From positions 84,382,001 through 84,446,000 of the forward strand of contig OZ024746.1 in NCBI GenBank assembly GCA_964016885.1: a stretch of 64,000 bases of DNA, in the 5' to 3' direction. Below are positions 52,099 to 64,000 of the stretch, in pieces; the stretch's first letter is position 1, and the number at the start of each line of letters is the position of its first letter. The position numbers and the translations under genes were made by a program. The DNA comes from Eledone cirrhosa (taxonomy: Eukaryota). The notes below the pieces were generated by a model. The model was not told the origin of the DNA, made no database searches, and saw only the letters and a program-made list of their open reading frames with translations.

Positions 52099-53531
52099 TG
52101 TACATACATACATATGTAAATGTATGTTTGTGTATGTACATACATATGTATGTATATTCACCTGCACAACCTGATACTTGCTCTCCCACTGGAGAATGAC
52201 CCTTCCCCAGGCAAATATCATGTAGTCTCCCAACCCTCGTTCTCATTACTGTTTTCCTTAGCATGACAGAGGACATGAGTGTCCTAGTGTTGTATTAGAG
52301 TAATACTAATATCATGATAAAATACACCCAGCCCACTCTGTCAAGTGGTAGTGCTGGTGCTATGATTAGAAACACCCTGTCTGCCCTGGAAGTTGATAAG
52401 ATAATGATAAAATAATCCTGGTTCACACTGTAAAGTGGTTGACATTAGAAAAAGCATACAGCGCTAGAAACAAAGCCCAAAACAGAATGTATGAGCAAGA
52501 TGTCACCTGAATAGTCTAGCCTATGAATGTGACAACCTGTCTAACACATGCAAGAATAGCAAATAGATGTCAAATGGTGATGTTGATGATACACACAAAA
52601 CTCACATACATATATATATATTTGAAGAAATGGATCCCCTATTGGTTTTGATGATGAGTATTCTAGTTGTTTGATGAACTGAACCACATCCCCACTGCAC
52701 TAGAATATAAGTGGTTAAGTATTCCATAGACATGTGTACCTTTAACATAATCCTAAGATAGCTCCTTGAATTATAGGTGCAATCAATATAACAAGCTTCC
52801 AAACAGTTTCTATCTATCCAATTTCACTCACAAGGTTTGAGTCAGTCCAAGTCTATAGTATAAGACACATGCCATGTAATGGGATCAAACCTGAGACCTC
52901 ATGATTGAGAAGCAAACCTCTTAACTCCTCAGCCATGACTGCACTCATATACCTGGTATTGATTAAATCTGGAGATGCTCTGTAATTGGGTGGTTTCTAA
53001 GAAATGTGTGTAAATAAATGACAGGTGAGAGCAATGGAAGTCATTTACAGAGGTGTTGTTGTAAGTAAGGTGGGAGTTAACGAGTTTAGTAGAGAATTTA
53101 GTGTGCAGGTAAGTATCCACCAGAGTAAGATTCTCGGTCCTCTCCAGTTTATTAAAGTTTTTTCTGAACACTTTTTAAACTTATAGTAATGATGGATTGA
53201 TAAGGTTTTTGTAATTATGATGGCAGGTGAAGCAGCTGGACCATCAGGGATAGTTACTGAAGCATTGCAAATATGTTACAAAGCATGACATAATCTAGTC
53301 ACTGACATAGTTCATCAGATTATAAATCCTACCTGACTGACTATGTTTTACCATCATCAACTGCTACAACATCAAAGGAGATATTCTATAAAGAAATAAC
53401 TGTAGAGGCATCAAATTGATGAAAGTAACTGAAAAGGATATGCCACAGCTAATTAGACCTAGCATTGCCCACAACAGGACAACTTGTCTAACCCATGCTA
53501 GCATGGAAGAATGGGCATAAAACAGTGATGA

Positions 53532-53564
<33 letters not shown>

Positions 53565-54733
53565 ACTAATGAGGATTGAACCTTTCATTTCTGGCTTTAT
53601 GATAAACATGATAACCATATCACCAGAAGTGATTTATCACTCTTGCTCTCCCTATTGAATCTAACTTGCAAATGGTTTAGGTACACTATCTCAAAACAGA
53701 TATTACATTTCATTTGGAATTACCTTTGGCATGTCTGGTGAAGTAGCACTGCCTTCACAGTTCCATCATCAATACAATTCCTATACCCTTTATTTATTTG
53801 AGTATTTTTATATGTACTTCATATATTATATTTTCCCCTTATATCCTTATGTGGATAAAGTAACAAGTAGTACAGTGAAGAACAAAAAAATGAAAATAGA
53901 TTTGGGCAGAGTCCATTTATATAGTTTGGTATAAATGACAATAACAAAGATAGCCAATAAACAGGCTTCCACACATATTCCATCTATTCGGTTTTACACA
54001 TAAAGCTTGGATTGGTCTGAAGCTATAGTGAAAGACATTTGTCCAAGGTGCACGCAGTGATATAGATCCTTGAACCACATACTTACAAACTGAATTACTA
54101 ACCACTTAGCTGCATCACCATCATTTGGTGACCCCAAACTCCTCCTCAGAGCTCACAATCCTTCACTTTATAACCCAAATATCTGGCAATGATATCTGGA
54201 CAGGAAAGCTTTTGATGTTTCCCACCAGCTGGCTTAAATTTCCAAAGAACATATGCTATAAAGTTGTACTCAGTAAATTGAACTCTATGTTGCCTCCCTG
54301 TTTGTAAGATGAGTGGTAAAGACCCATAAATTTATTTTAGTGTTGAATGAGTTTTCCATGAAAGACGTTTGTATGCTCAATTGATGGTAACAACTATCTT
54401 GTAGTTTTTGGAGCCTTACAGGAAGTGGTAATGTCTCTGAATTACACAAGAGAATTGGCTCAATGAGCGCGCTTGGCTGCACTTGCACCTAATGAACACA
54501 CACTGAGTCAATGAAAACAAAACAAAAAAAAAAGTATATAGGCTTTAAATACTGCATTCATAATTTAATTTTTTCTTCTACAATAAAATATATAAAAAAA
54601 AATATTCGGACTTGTTTGAAATTAAAACAAGCAATTATGTATTATTTTACATATCAATAACGAATAAATATAAATTCTGTCTCTTTTCTTCCACACATAC
54701 ACAGAATTATTTACACTTAACAACTTGAACTAT

Positions 54734-55080
54734 TCACAAAATATTCTGATGACACTGTCTAATATGTTCTTCAATGTCATTGAGGGTAGTGCCTTTCATT
54801 GCACATATGGGACAGGTGATTTCATTAGATTTTGCATGTCGCTTCAAATGAAGAAATAAGTGTTCTTTGCGGTGGAAAGCTTTCTTACAGACAAAACAGC
54901 GATGTCGTTTTTCTCTATGAAGCCACTTATGTCGTGACAAAGAAGAGCGACATCTGAAAAATTTTCCACATATCTGGCATACAAGCTTTGCTCTGATATT
55001 ACTATTTGAATTATTGGAGAGTTTGCTTGAACTAAGAACAGCAGGAACAGACTTTTTATTGCGTCCAGTGGTGGATGTCA
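54734..55080 (-). CDS. C2H2 zinc-finger gene, alternative terminal exon A (3 fingers)
   Basis: Same acceptor as exon B; [64 protein letters not shown]; ATTAAA near 54564. Confidence 0.88.
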
Positions 55081-55180
55081 CTGAAAATAATAAAAAAGAA
55101 TTATATATATATACATACATATATATATATATATACACATACATGCACACACACACACACACATATATATATACGTGTAG

Positions 55181-55214
<34 letters not shown>

Positions 55215-55274
55215 GGTATATACATATGTATATATATACACACATATATATATATATACATATATACACATACT

Positions 55275-55306
<32 letters not shown>

Positions 55307-55726
55307 CACATATATATACATCTATATATACATATATATACATATACATATATATATACATATACATATATATATATACATATATGCATATATATATATA
55401 TATATATACATATATATAAACACACACACACTCATATATATATATATATATATACATATATATAACATATACAATCTTTTTTTTTCTGTTACGAGTTTCA
55501 GTAAATTGATTGCAGCCATATTAGTTTATAGTTGATCATATATTGATCCCCACGGTGTATTTCCTTGATTTCTATTTATCGAATAACTTGTCAACTTGTA
55601 TGTCGATGTTAAAAGGCAACTTAGCCTTTGGATATAGACATGTAAGTTGACACACCATTTTACACCAGCATACGCAAATATAGATACACATACATATATA
55701 TGAATTATGTATCTCTATCTATCTAT

Positions 55727-55765
<39 letters not shown>

Positions 55766-56463
55766 TCATAGAACCAACAACAAATTCGTCCATCCCCTTA
55801 TCGCTAGTCTGTATTACATTAAGATGCTGCCTGGTGAAGTTGCGTTGGTGGTTGCGTGATGACAGCATTACATAATTATTAACAGAAACATTATGAATAA
55901 AAGGAGTTGTGAATATTTACATCTGACAATTATCATTATTGTGTGCGTGTATATATATATATATATCTATATATATACATACACATACACATAACACACA
56001 CACATATATATATGTTTGTGGGTGTATATATATATATATATATACACATACACATAACACACATATATATATGTTTGTGTGTGTATATATATATATATGT
56101 GTTTGTGTGTATATATATCTATATATATCTATATATATACATACACATACACATAACACACACACATATATATATGTTTGTGGGTGTATATATATATATA
56201 TATATATACACATACACATAACACACACACATATATATATGTGTTTGTGTGTGTATATATATATATATATATGTGTGTTTGTGTGTATATATATATATAT
56301 ACACATAACACATACACATATATATATATGTGTTTGTGTGTGTATATATATATATATCATTATCATAGCTATTTAACATCTATTTTCCATATGCATAAAA
56401 TCCATGTGAACTGACCCTAAAAATGTAGATATACAAGAATATTTTTTTTGTTTTAAACCTTAC

Positions 56464-56579
56464 CTTTTCTTACATTACAATTCTGCAGATTGATAACTGG
56501 TACCTGGTGTAGAAACATTCTTCCTGTAAGTGACTCTACCGGTGGCAAAACGGTTGACTGCTGCTGATGTTGTTGCTGA

Positions 56580-56615
<36 letters not shown>

Positions 56616-57435
56616 ATCATTTGGTGTTGTTGCTCTTCTAGTTGTGGTTTTTGAGTCATTATCATGTTATCAGTTTCATCGTCAAGAATTTTACCATTCA
56701 GATCAATTGTTATTGTTCCTTTAGCATCAGGGAGTGTGCTTTCACAACTAATGACCGAATTCACAACATCGTTTTGGTTTATTTTTGTTACCGATGCCAG
56801 CATGTCATACTGTGATGCACAGTTATTCTGTAGATCAACTTCTTCTTCATTAAAAGATGAAAATGGTTCAGCTTTTATCTCAACATCATAGTTTAAATTC
56901 ATTTCTTCCTCCAAATTCATGCAGTCTTTTTCCATATTTGCCTTCTGAAAATTATTCACTGATGATGAATTCAGACTGTCAGTGGAATGAATTTCAATCC
57001 TGTCAATTGTCCTTTGTGGATTTTCTTCGGTTGTTATTGCATGATGTAGAGGAATTGTCATGTTAGGAGAAATTTCATTTGCATTTCTATAACTGTCTTG
57101 TCTTTTGGGTAAGCTGAGAAGAGATGAAGAAACTGAAGGAGATGTTGATGGAAATTCTTGAATTTGGATATCAGGTGATGATAAGCATGATGCCAAAGAT
57201 GAGGTTTTTCTACTAAAATTGTTATTAATTGGATTGGGCAAAAAATTTATCTGGGGTTGGTTATTATGTTGTTTTGAAGAGATTTCACTAGAGAACAGAG
57301 CCGATTGATTCAAAGCCTGAAAAGCATTATCTTCATCCTTATTTTCATTGCTCACATGAGTCAGTTTTGGTATTCTTGTAGTTTGAGAGCAAATATTATC
57401 TGAGAGCCATCGTGGAGAAGAGATGCCAGTCTGAT
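56464..57435 (-). CDS. C2H2 zinc-finger gene, common internal exon (324 codons, S/N-rich, IKAE SUMO-type motif, polyQ)
   Basis: 972 nt open; acceptor TTTTATTTTAG at 57436; phase-1 donor AAAG|GTAAGG at 56463 fits both zinc-finger exons; N-terminal exons not identified in the window. Confidence 0.85.
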
Positions 57436-57665
57436 CTAAAATAAAATAGACACACATCATCAGCATCATCATCATCATCATCACACACACACACGCACAT
57501 ATATATATGGAGAGAGAGAGAGAGAGAGAGATAATCCTGATGTGACATCAAGCAGTTTTGGCTAGTGTGTTTTTGCTGTCACAGTCTAGATTATACCCAC
57601 TCTGCATCTCCCAATGCATTGAGTACTCACATGATTTGTGGTCTCTTCTGTCTCAGCACCACAGA

Positions 57666-57723
<58 letters not shown>

Positions 57724-58910
57724 ACATACACACATATAATAAATCAACTCTAGTGGGTACTGTTTTCTTGTTTGTAACTTGAAAATTTCTCTCAACTCTT
57801 TATTTGGCATGGTTTCTATGGCTAGGTGCCCGTCTTTCCTAATGCATATGTTTAAACCCTTTGATCTTGAATTGCCTGAAACCACCCCTGGTTCTGCAAT
57901 TTGAAACAACCACCACCACTACCACCATCACCTTCACCACCGTTTAAAGTCTATTTTCCATACTTGCATAGGTTAGACAACTGGCACATACTGAGGTCTG
58001 ACCAGTCAGGTGACTAGGTCCTGCTTGTACGTTTTGTTTTTGTTTGGTTTCAATGGCTGGATGCCTTTCTTAATGCCAATAAACTTTATAGCATGTACTG
58101 GGAACATGTTTTCTATGGCTGGATGCCTTTCCTAGCACCAATCAATTTACAGTGTGTACTGGCAGCATTTTAACATGACACCGGCATTACCACTTTTATA
58201 GGTTGAACTGGGTGCTTTTAGTCATGGCATCATCACTACCACATTACAGTATGGACTCAGTATTTTTGTCATAGAACCAGCAATATCTCAGCAAGCATTA
58301 GTGGGAGTAGGGGCTGTGGAACAGGTGTTGCACTGCAGGAGGCAGAGGGTCATGGTGTTGGCCTTGAAGCAAGTGGATGGTGTCTGACATATTGTAGGGT
58401 GTGCCTGGTTTGCCTTAATGGCCTAAAAGGAGTCATTATATTTGGCTTAGAGCAAGTGGATGGGTGATGTCTGTCATTTTGAGGCATGCCAGACTTTCCT
58501 GGGTTGGGAAAGTATTGGGGAGTGCAAGGGTTCAGCAGGGGAGGGGAATCAGATAATGTTTATATTTATCTAAAATCCTTCAATCATAATATTATGTAAG
58601 AACCTTTGTTAAGTTATGTTCTGGATACCAGCTTAATAATGAGTAAGTTATATTACTAAATTGCTCAAAATTCTTGATTATTTGAAAACTTGCTAAGGAA
58701 AGAGTTAAAAAAATGTTTTATATGCAGATGGAGATACTGGAGATAAATCAATAAAGTTAGAGAAAACCAGCTATTGATATCCTGCTTCTGGTACTGTGTT
58801 GTGTCCATTGACAAGGGTTATCTCAAATTTTCCTATCTACATGATAACAAGAATTTATTAAGTATTAATAATAATGATTTCTAAATTAGAAATAAGGCCA
58901 GCAAATTTAA

Positions 58911-59130
58911 CCCTTTAGCATTTAAACCAGCCATATCCGGCCAGAATTCTCTCACCTTTTTCTATTCAAATCAGCTGTAACTGGCCTCTCATACCGACAT
59001 TAAAGTATTCTCAAAATAAATAATATCAAAATCTCATAGATTCGATATTATATGAGATAACTATGTGAGGTAAAACCTTTACTGTGTAAATATAATAGTA
59101 TATATATAGAGTAATGTAAATGCTAAAGGG
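58911..59130. mobile_element. piggyBac-type MITE inserted in a SINE
   Basis: Perfect 14-bp TIR CCCTTTAGCATTTA with TTAA target-site duplication. Confidence 0.85.
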
Positions 59131-60359
59131 TTAAGGGAAAGATTAAATCAACACCAGTACTTGACTGATACTTTATTTTATCGACCACAGAAGGATGAAA
59201 GGCAATGTTGGTCTTGGCAGGATTTAAAAGCAGAAAGTAAAGAGCCAGAACAATGACATTTTATCTGAAACTCTACCAATTCTGCTAATCTTATAATATT
59301 GAAAAAGTGCCTATTATCTTGTAGCACAAGTTCAACGCCTCCTGAGGCCAACTGATGTGGGACCATTTACATGGTTGTTTGACCTGCTAGAAGTAGCAAC
59401 CGAATCACTCTCAAATTGTATCCGACAATCTTAAATATGGCAATAAGATATTAGGTAATGTTTTCCTGCAGAGCCCTAAAACAATTGTCCTAGATTGTAT
59501 GCATGAGTGTGTGTGTGCGCGCGTGCATGTATGTGTGCGTGCGTGCATGTATGTGTGTGTGTGTGTGTGCACGTATGTGTGTTTGCATGCATGTATGTAT
59601 GTATGGATACATCACGCCTGATGAAGTTGTAGGAGCACCATAGTTACATATAGCATTTTATAGACATTTTAAACTTGGCAAAGCCCATCCCTCTCCAGAT
59701 TGGTACACAACTGCTTTCTTCTAGAGAGGAGATATAGAGGAAAAATGGACCCCAGTACTGGACTTGTACATTTTTTATCGATCTCGAATGGATGTAAGGC
59801 AAAGTTAACCTTGTTGTGATTTGAACTGAGTTAGAATGAATACTGCAAAGTATTCTATCTGACATTCTCATGACTGTGCTAATTTGCCACCTTCCTAGAT
59901 ATTATTAGAAGGCAAAGTTCTTAGTGCTGCTCTATAAATCAATAGATAGTGGAATTCAACATATAGACAGTTGGTAGTATAAAGTAGGTCATTTCATAGT
60001 GATAAATAAAAGTGGTTACTAAACAGAGTCTTAAAAGTTTTGAACAGAATGACTTGCAGCTTTTATTCCAACTCTTTACTTTCTAAGTTCAAACCCTGTT
60101 ATGGTCAACCCTGTTTCCTATTTATTCAGGATCAATAAAATAAAGTACTAGTCAAGTGTTAGGTGCAACCCTCTATCCCTCAAGCTATCACATCTTCGAT
60201 GTTCTGTTGGAGCAAGAGTGAGAAGGTGTCTGAGATTCATCTGACTATTTCTATAGAATTTTTTGAAATTGTCTGCAATAGATGCTACAAGATATTGATT
60301 TCTAATTTAGGTACAATCCCAACAAATTTTTAGGGAAGGGCAAAGTTCATCATCATCAT

Positions 60360-60625
60360 CCAGTTTTTGATTATGCAAGACACAATTAATCCCTAAGTAG
60401 GGATAGGTCCTGCTTGACAGCGCTTCTTAGCATCCCGCTCCATGTGTTTCTGTCCGTCAGTCTAACTTGGACCAGGCCAAGCCTAGCTTCATCCTGACAG
60501 ACATCCTCCATCCAAGTCCGTTTTGGTCTTCCTGGGCCTCTACTGCCTCTTGTATCGACAGTCATCACTTTGTTGATTCAGCCCTCACTGTGCTCGACAT
60601 GGCTGTACCAGCACATGCATCTCGT
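60360..60625 (-). mobile_element. RTE LINE 3' fragment with (ATG)n tail
   Basis: WYSHVE...GSRGPGRPKRTWMEDV...DRNTW. Confidence 0.7.
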
Positions 60626-61069
60626 AAAGTTGAATAAATCAATCTCTGTACTTGACTGGTACTTTATTCTATCGGCCCCGGTAGGATGAAAAGCAAAGTT
60701 GAACTTGGCAGGATTTGACCTTAGAATGTAAAGAGCCAGAACCAATACAACAATGGCATTTTATTCAATGGCCAACAAATTCTGCAAATTCCATTATTGT
60801 TACTCCTATTACTTTCTCTTCAGTGATGTCCCCATTCCTTCACTCGATATAAACTACACCCTGTTATTTTCTTTTGCCCTTGTATCAACTTCAATGCCTT
60901 GTACTGTTATGGCCACACTAACCAAGAGTCCACTATCGAAATAACGAAATAACGTTTCTTTAAAGCATTTGTATCACTTTGAAATAAATGTTTCTTTAAC
61001 TACTACTCAACAACAATATATCCAGTTATGAATGATTATTATTATTATTATTATTATTTTCTTAATCAT

Positions 61070-61251
61070 TGGTGGATTGGCAGTATCGGTAGAGGGTCGG
61101 ACGCCATGCTTTCCAGCATAGTTACGTCCCGTTACGATCTGAGTTCAAATCCCACCGAGGTTGACTTTGCCTTTCATCCTTACGGGGTCGATAAAATAAA
61201 GTACCAGTAATGCACTGGGTATTTGCTGGCCTTGTGCCTAAAGTAAAAACA
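61070..61251 (+). mobile_element. Young full-length tRNA-derived Nin/Deu-domain SINE
   Basis: A box TGGCAGTATCGG, B box GAGTTCAAATCC, Nin/Deu core, about 17-bp TSD ATTATTTTCTTAATCAT. Confidence 0.88.
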
Positions 61252-61726
61252 ATTATTTTCTTAATCATACAATGTATTTCTCTATTTTAAACATTCTTAG
61301 AAACGTACTTTTGTCTTTGTACACAAAGCAGTCACTTTCTAGCACTCAGTAAACTTGATAAATTGCCAGTTTCTTGGCACTTTGAATCAAATTATTTGTA
61401 GTGGAAGTCGCTTATTGTGATCACTTTGAGATGAAGTGTTTTCGATAACAATAGCTGGTTGATAACGTTAAACAAATAAAATGTTTGGGACCCACTGTTT
61501 TTCATAATAATAGCTGGTTGACAACATTATCCATGATAATAATTGTTTCTACTTTAGGCATAAGGCCAGCAATTTCTTTCCCAACGACATATTGTAAAAA
61601 AACTGTTTTAACTTAATAATCTATGACAGTGATTCAGCCATCTTGGATTTTTTTAGATGTGCTGACTAATCAGCATGACCTAGGAAAAATTCTTCAATAG
61701 TATCTAGTTTATCTGATAGAGTGCAC

Positions 61727-61759
<33 letters not shown>

Positions 61760-61829
61760 CGTCTACATACTTATATTTAAGTAACAGCCGTACTAAGAGT
61801 GGGAAATGAAATTTCGTTTCATTTTTTCC

Positions 61830-61877
<48 letters not shown>

Positions 61878-63569
61878 TATATATATATATATTTTATATA
61901 TATATATATATAATATATATATATATATTATATATATATATATAAAATGTTGATACCAGTTAAGTCTTTTAAATCAGAAAGATTAGATAGATTATTTTGT
62001 TATCAAGTTTTCTTGAAAGTTTTTCTTTTGTTTTATATTTGCAAAGTAGCAAATTGGCAGAGGCATTGGATTAAATACCTAGGTATTTGTTTTGTTTCAC
62101 AGTGCTCTGAGTTCAAATCCTGTCAAGGTGAACTTTGCCTTTCATCCTTTTGAAGTAAAAAAAAAAAAAAATACAAGTTCAAGTGTGGTGGATTAGCAAA
62201 TTGTTAAAGAATCAGATGGGAGGCTTTTGCAATATCTGATCAGGCTCTGCACATTCTGGGTTCAAATCTTACCTACTTCTGTCAAGACTTGCAACTGATC
62301 AATAGAAATATAGTTTCCTTGGTCCAATCTGATGATTGGCTCCTTTTAAATGCTTCCAATAACATGTTTTCTACTTGTTACTGCATTTCTTAAGTGTTGT
62401 GGTTCGTTTTTACAATTTACTGACAAATAATAATTTTATCTGATTTTGGCAAGTATGGAAAGCTTTGTCCAATAATATCAATCATTTTCAGACCTGTCAC
62501 CAGGTTTTGGGAGCAGTGGGTGGAGCGTATACTAGTTTCATAGGCATTAAGCAACTGAAAGTGCACTGGATGAGGTTCCAGGCTGTCAGAGAGCTAACTC
62601 CCAACTGCTGCAGGCACAAATTTTCAGCTGAGTGAACTAGAGCAACGTGAAATGAAATGCCTTGCTCAAGGACACAACATATTACCTGGTCTGTGAGTCG
62701 AATACACAACCTTATGATCATGAATCCAACACCTTAAAGAGTACATTTCACAATGGAATATTGTTCTCATACACAAGATGGTGCTGCTATCACTACACAG
62801 ACAGATATTCTAATCTGCAGGCCAAAAAAACTTCTATCCAACTGATTGGCATCAAGTCTCCAATACCTTCCAGCTTCTGACCCACAGATATGTTGTTTCC
62901 TTTCTCTGCTTTTTCTACCATTACTACAGTGGCCTCTACTCTTTAAAGGTGGCTAGTTTCCTGCTCTCCAAACCTACTTATCTCTTCTCTTCTCATTGTC
63001 CACATTGTGTCTATGCCCTCCCCTTTGAAATGCCTCATTAACTACTATGCCCAATCCTACTTCCTCAGAATGTCCACCCTCTTGAATTCCCTACAGTTAC
63101 CAGAGTATAGTCGTTCAAGAAGACCATCAACACCATTGCTCTCACTAGTTTTGGAGGATCTGGAAAGGCCTCGAGTTCAGCCTCATTCCTCCAGATCAAA
63201 CTATTTTTAAAATGCCAAGAAAATAAAAAATTAAAAAATAGTATAAAAATTTTAACTAAATATTAGATGCACAATGCTTGCTTCTTTTGAAGTATGGCAA
63301 ATCGCCTGTCAACTTGATCCCAAATCATTTACTTTGTGAGGTTCAGCTTCATAAGGTCAGCGTTTGCCATGTTGTTCCATATAATCTACTATGAGAGCAA
63401 TGTTAAAAATTGGTGAAGGCCATATTCATTGAAAACATATTCAAAACGAAATATGAATTTCCCGCCAAAAGCAAAACTGGTGTAATATTCATCTCCAAAG
63501 TGAAAATATTTTAGCACCTCATTTATGTAAAATTTTAAAATTGGTGAAAATTGGCAAAATATTGACCTC

Positions 63570-63650
63570 AAATATAAGTCGACACTCCCATTTTACCATC
63601 GATTTTTTTTTTGCACATAGTTCTAGACTTATATACGAATAAATACGATA
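63570..63650. mobile_element. pogo/Tigger-like terminal repeat relic
   Basis: TATAAGTCGAC ... GACTTATATACGAATAAATACG resembles pogo-family ends. Confidence 0.4.
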
Positions 63651-64000
63651 ATATATTTATTTGTAAAAACTTATGTTAACAAGCATTTATAAATTTTTGG
63701 ATACCCAGAAAACATCACCATTTACACCATAATACACTAGATTGAAAGAGTCGTTAGAACATCGGATATAATGCTTTATAGTATTCGTTCCAACTCTCTG
63801 CTCCCTGAGTTTAAATCCCGCCAAGGTTAACTTTGCCTTTCATCCTTTTGAGGTCGATAAAAACGTACCAGTCTAGTACTGGGGTTGATACTTTCTCTAT
63901 ATCTCTTTCTCATTTCCTCTCTCTCACTTTCTATCTTTCTCTGAAAGAAATCTACTGTACTCAGGCCTGGAGAGGGATCAGCTCTGCCAGGCTTAAAATA

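Noticed and set aside
55851-55930. C/D-box snoRNA candidate (GTGATGA ... CTGA)
   Set aside because: Antisense to the host gene, weak terminal stem, AT-rich guide with no rRNA complement that I could recognise

Overview
AT-rich, intron-rich eukaryotic (animal) genomic DNA, not prokaryotic. The (TA)n density, SINE repertoire and gene content point to a cephalopod, probably Octopus (inference). Four protein-coding genes can be built from splice signals. (1) fem-1 ankyrin-repeat gene, first coding exon only (minus, 9932-10472). (2) A complete NDUFAF6 with 10 coding exons (plus, 15107-30781, 316 aa). (3) A C/EBP/PAR-type bZIP factor (minus, 35768-39804, 370 aa) whose start codon lies inside an out-of-frame upstream ORF, an ATF4/CHOP/Xrp1-like arrangement. 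(4) The 3' part of a C2H2 zinc-finger gene (minus): one polyQ-containing common exon (56464-57435) can splice in frame to either of two duplicated terminal zinc-finger exons (54734-55080 or 50459-50811). Non-coding highlights are a 409-bp near-perfect palindrome carrying two mirror-image minimal hammerhead ribozymes (2236-2644), a decayed 28S rRNA fragment abutting an RTE LINE, a 41-bp minisatellite and several fold-back inverted duplications next to (TA)n tracts. There are also many TE relics (Nin/Deu-domain SINEs, mariner, R4/Dong, CRE-like, CR1, RTE, a solo LTR, piggyBac and Tc1 MITEs). All family assignments come from motif recognition; no database searches were run.
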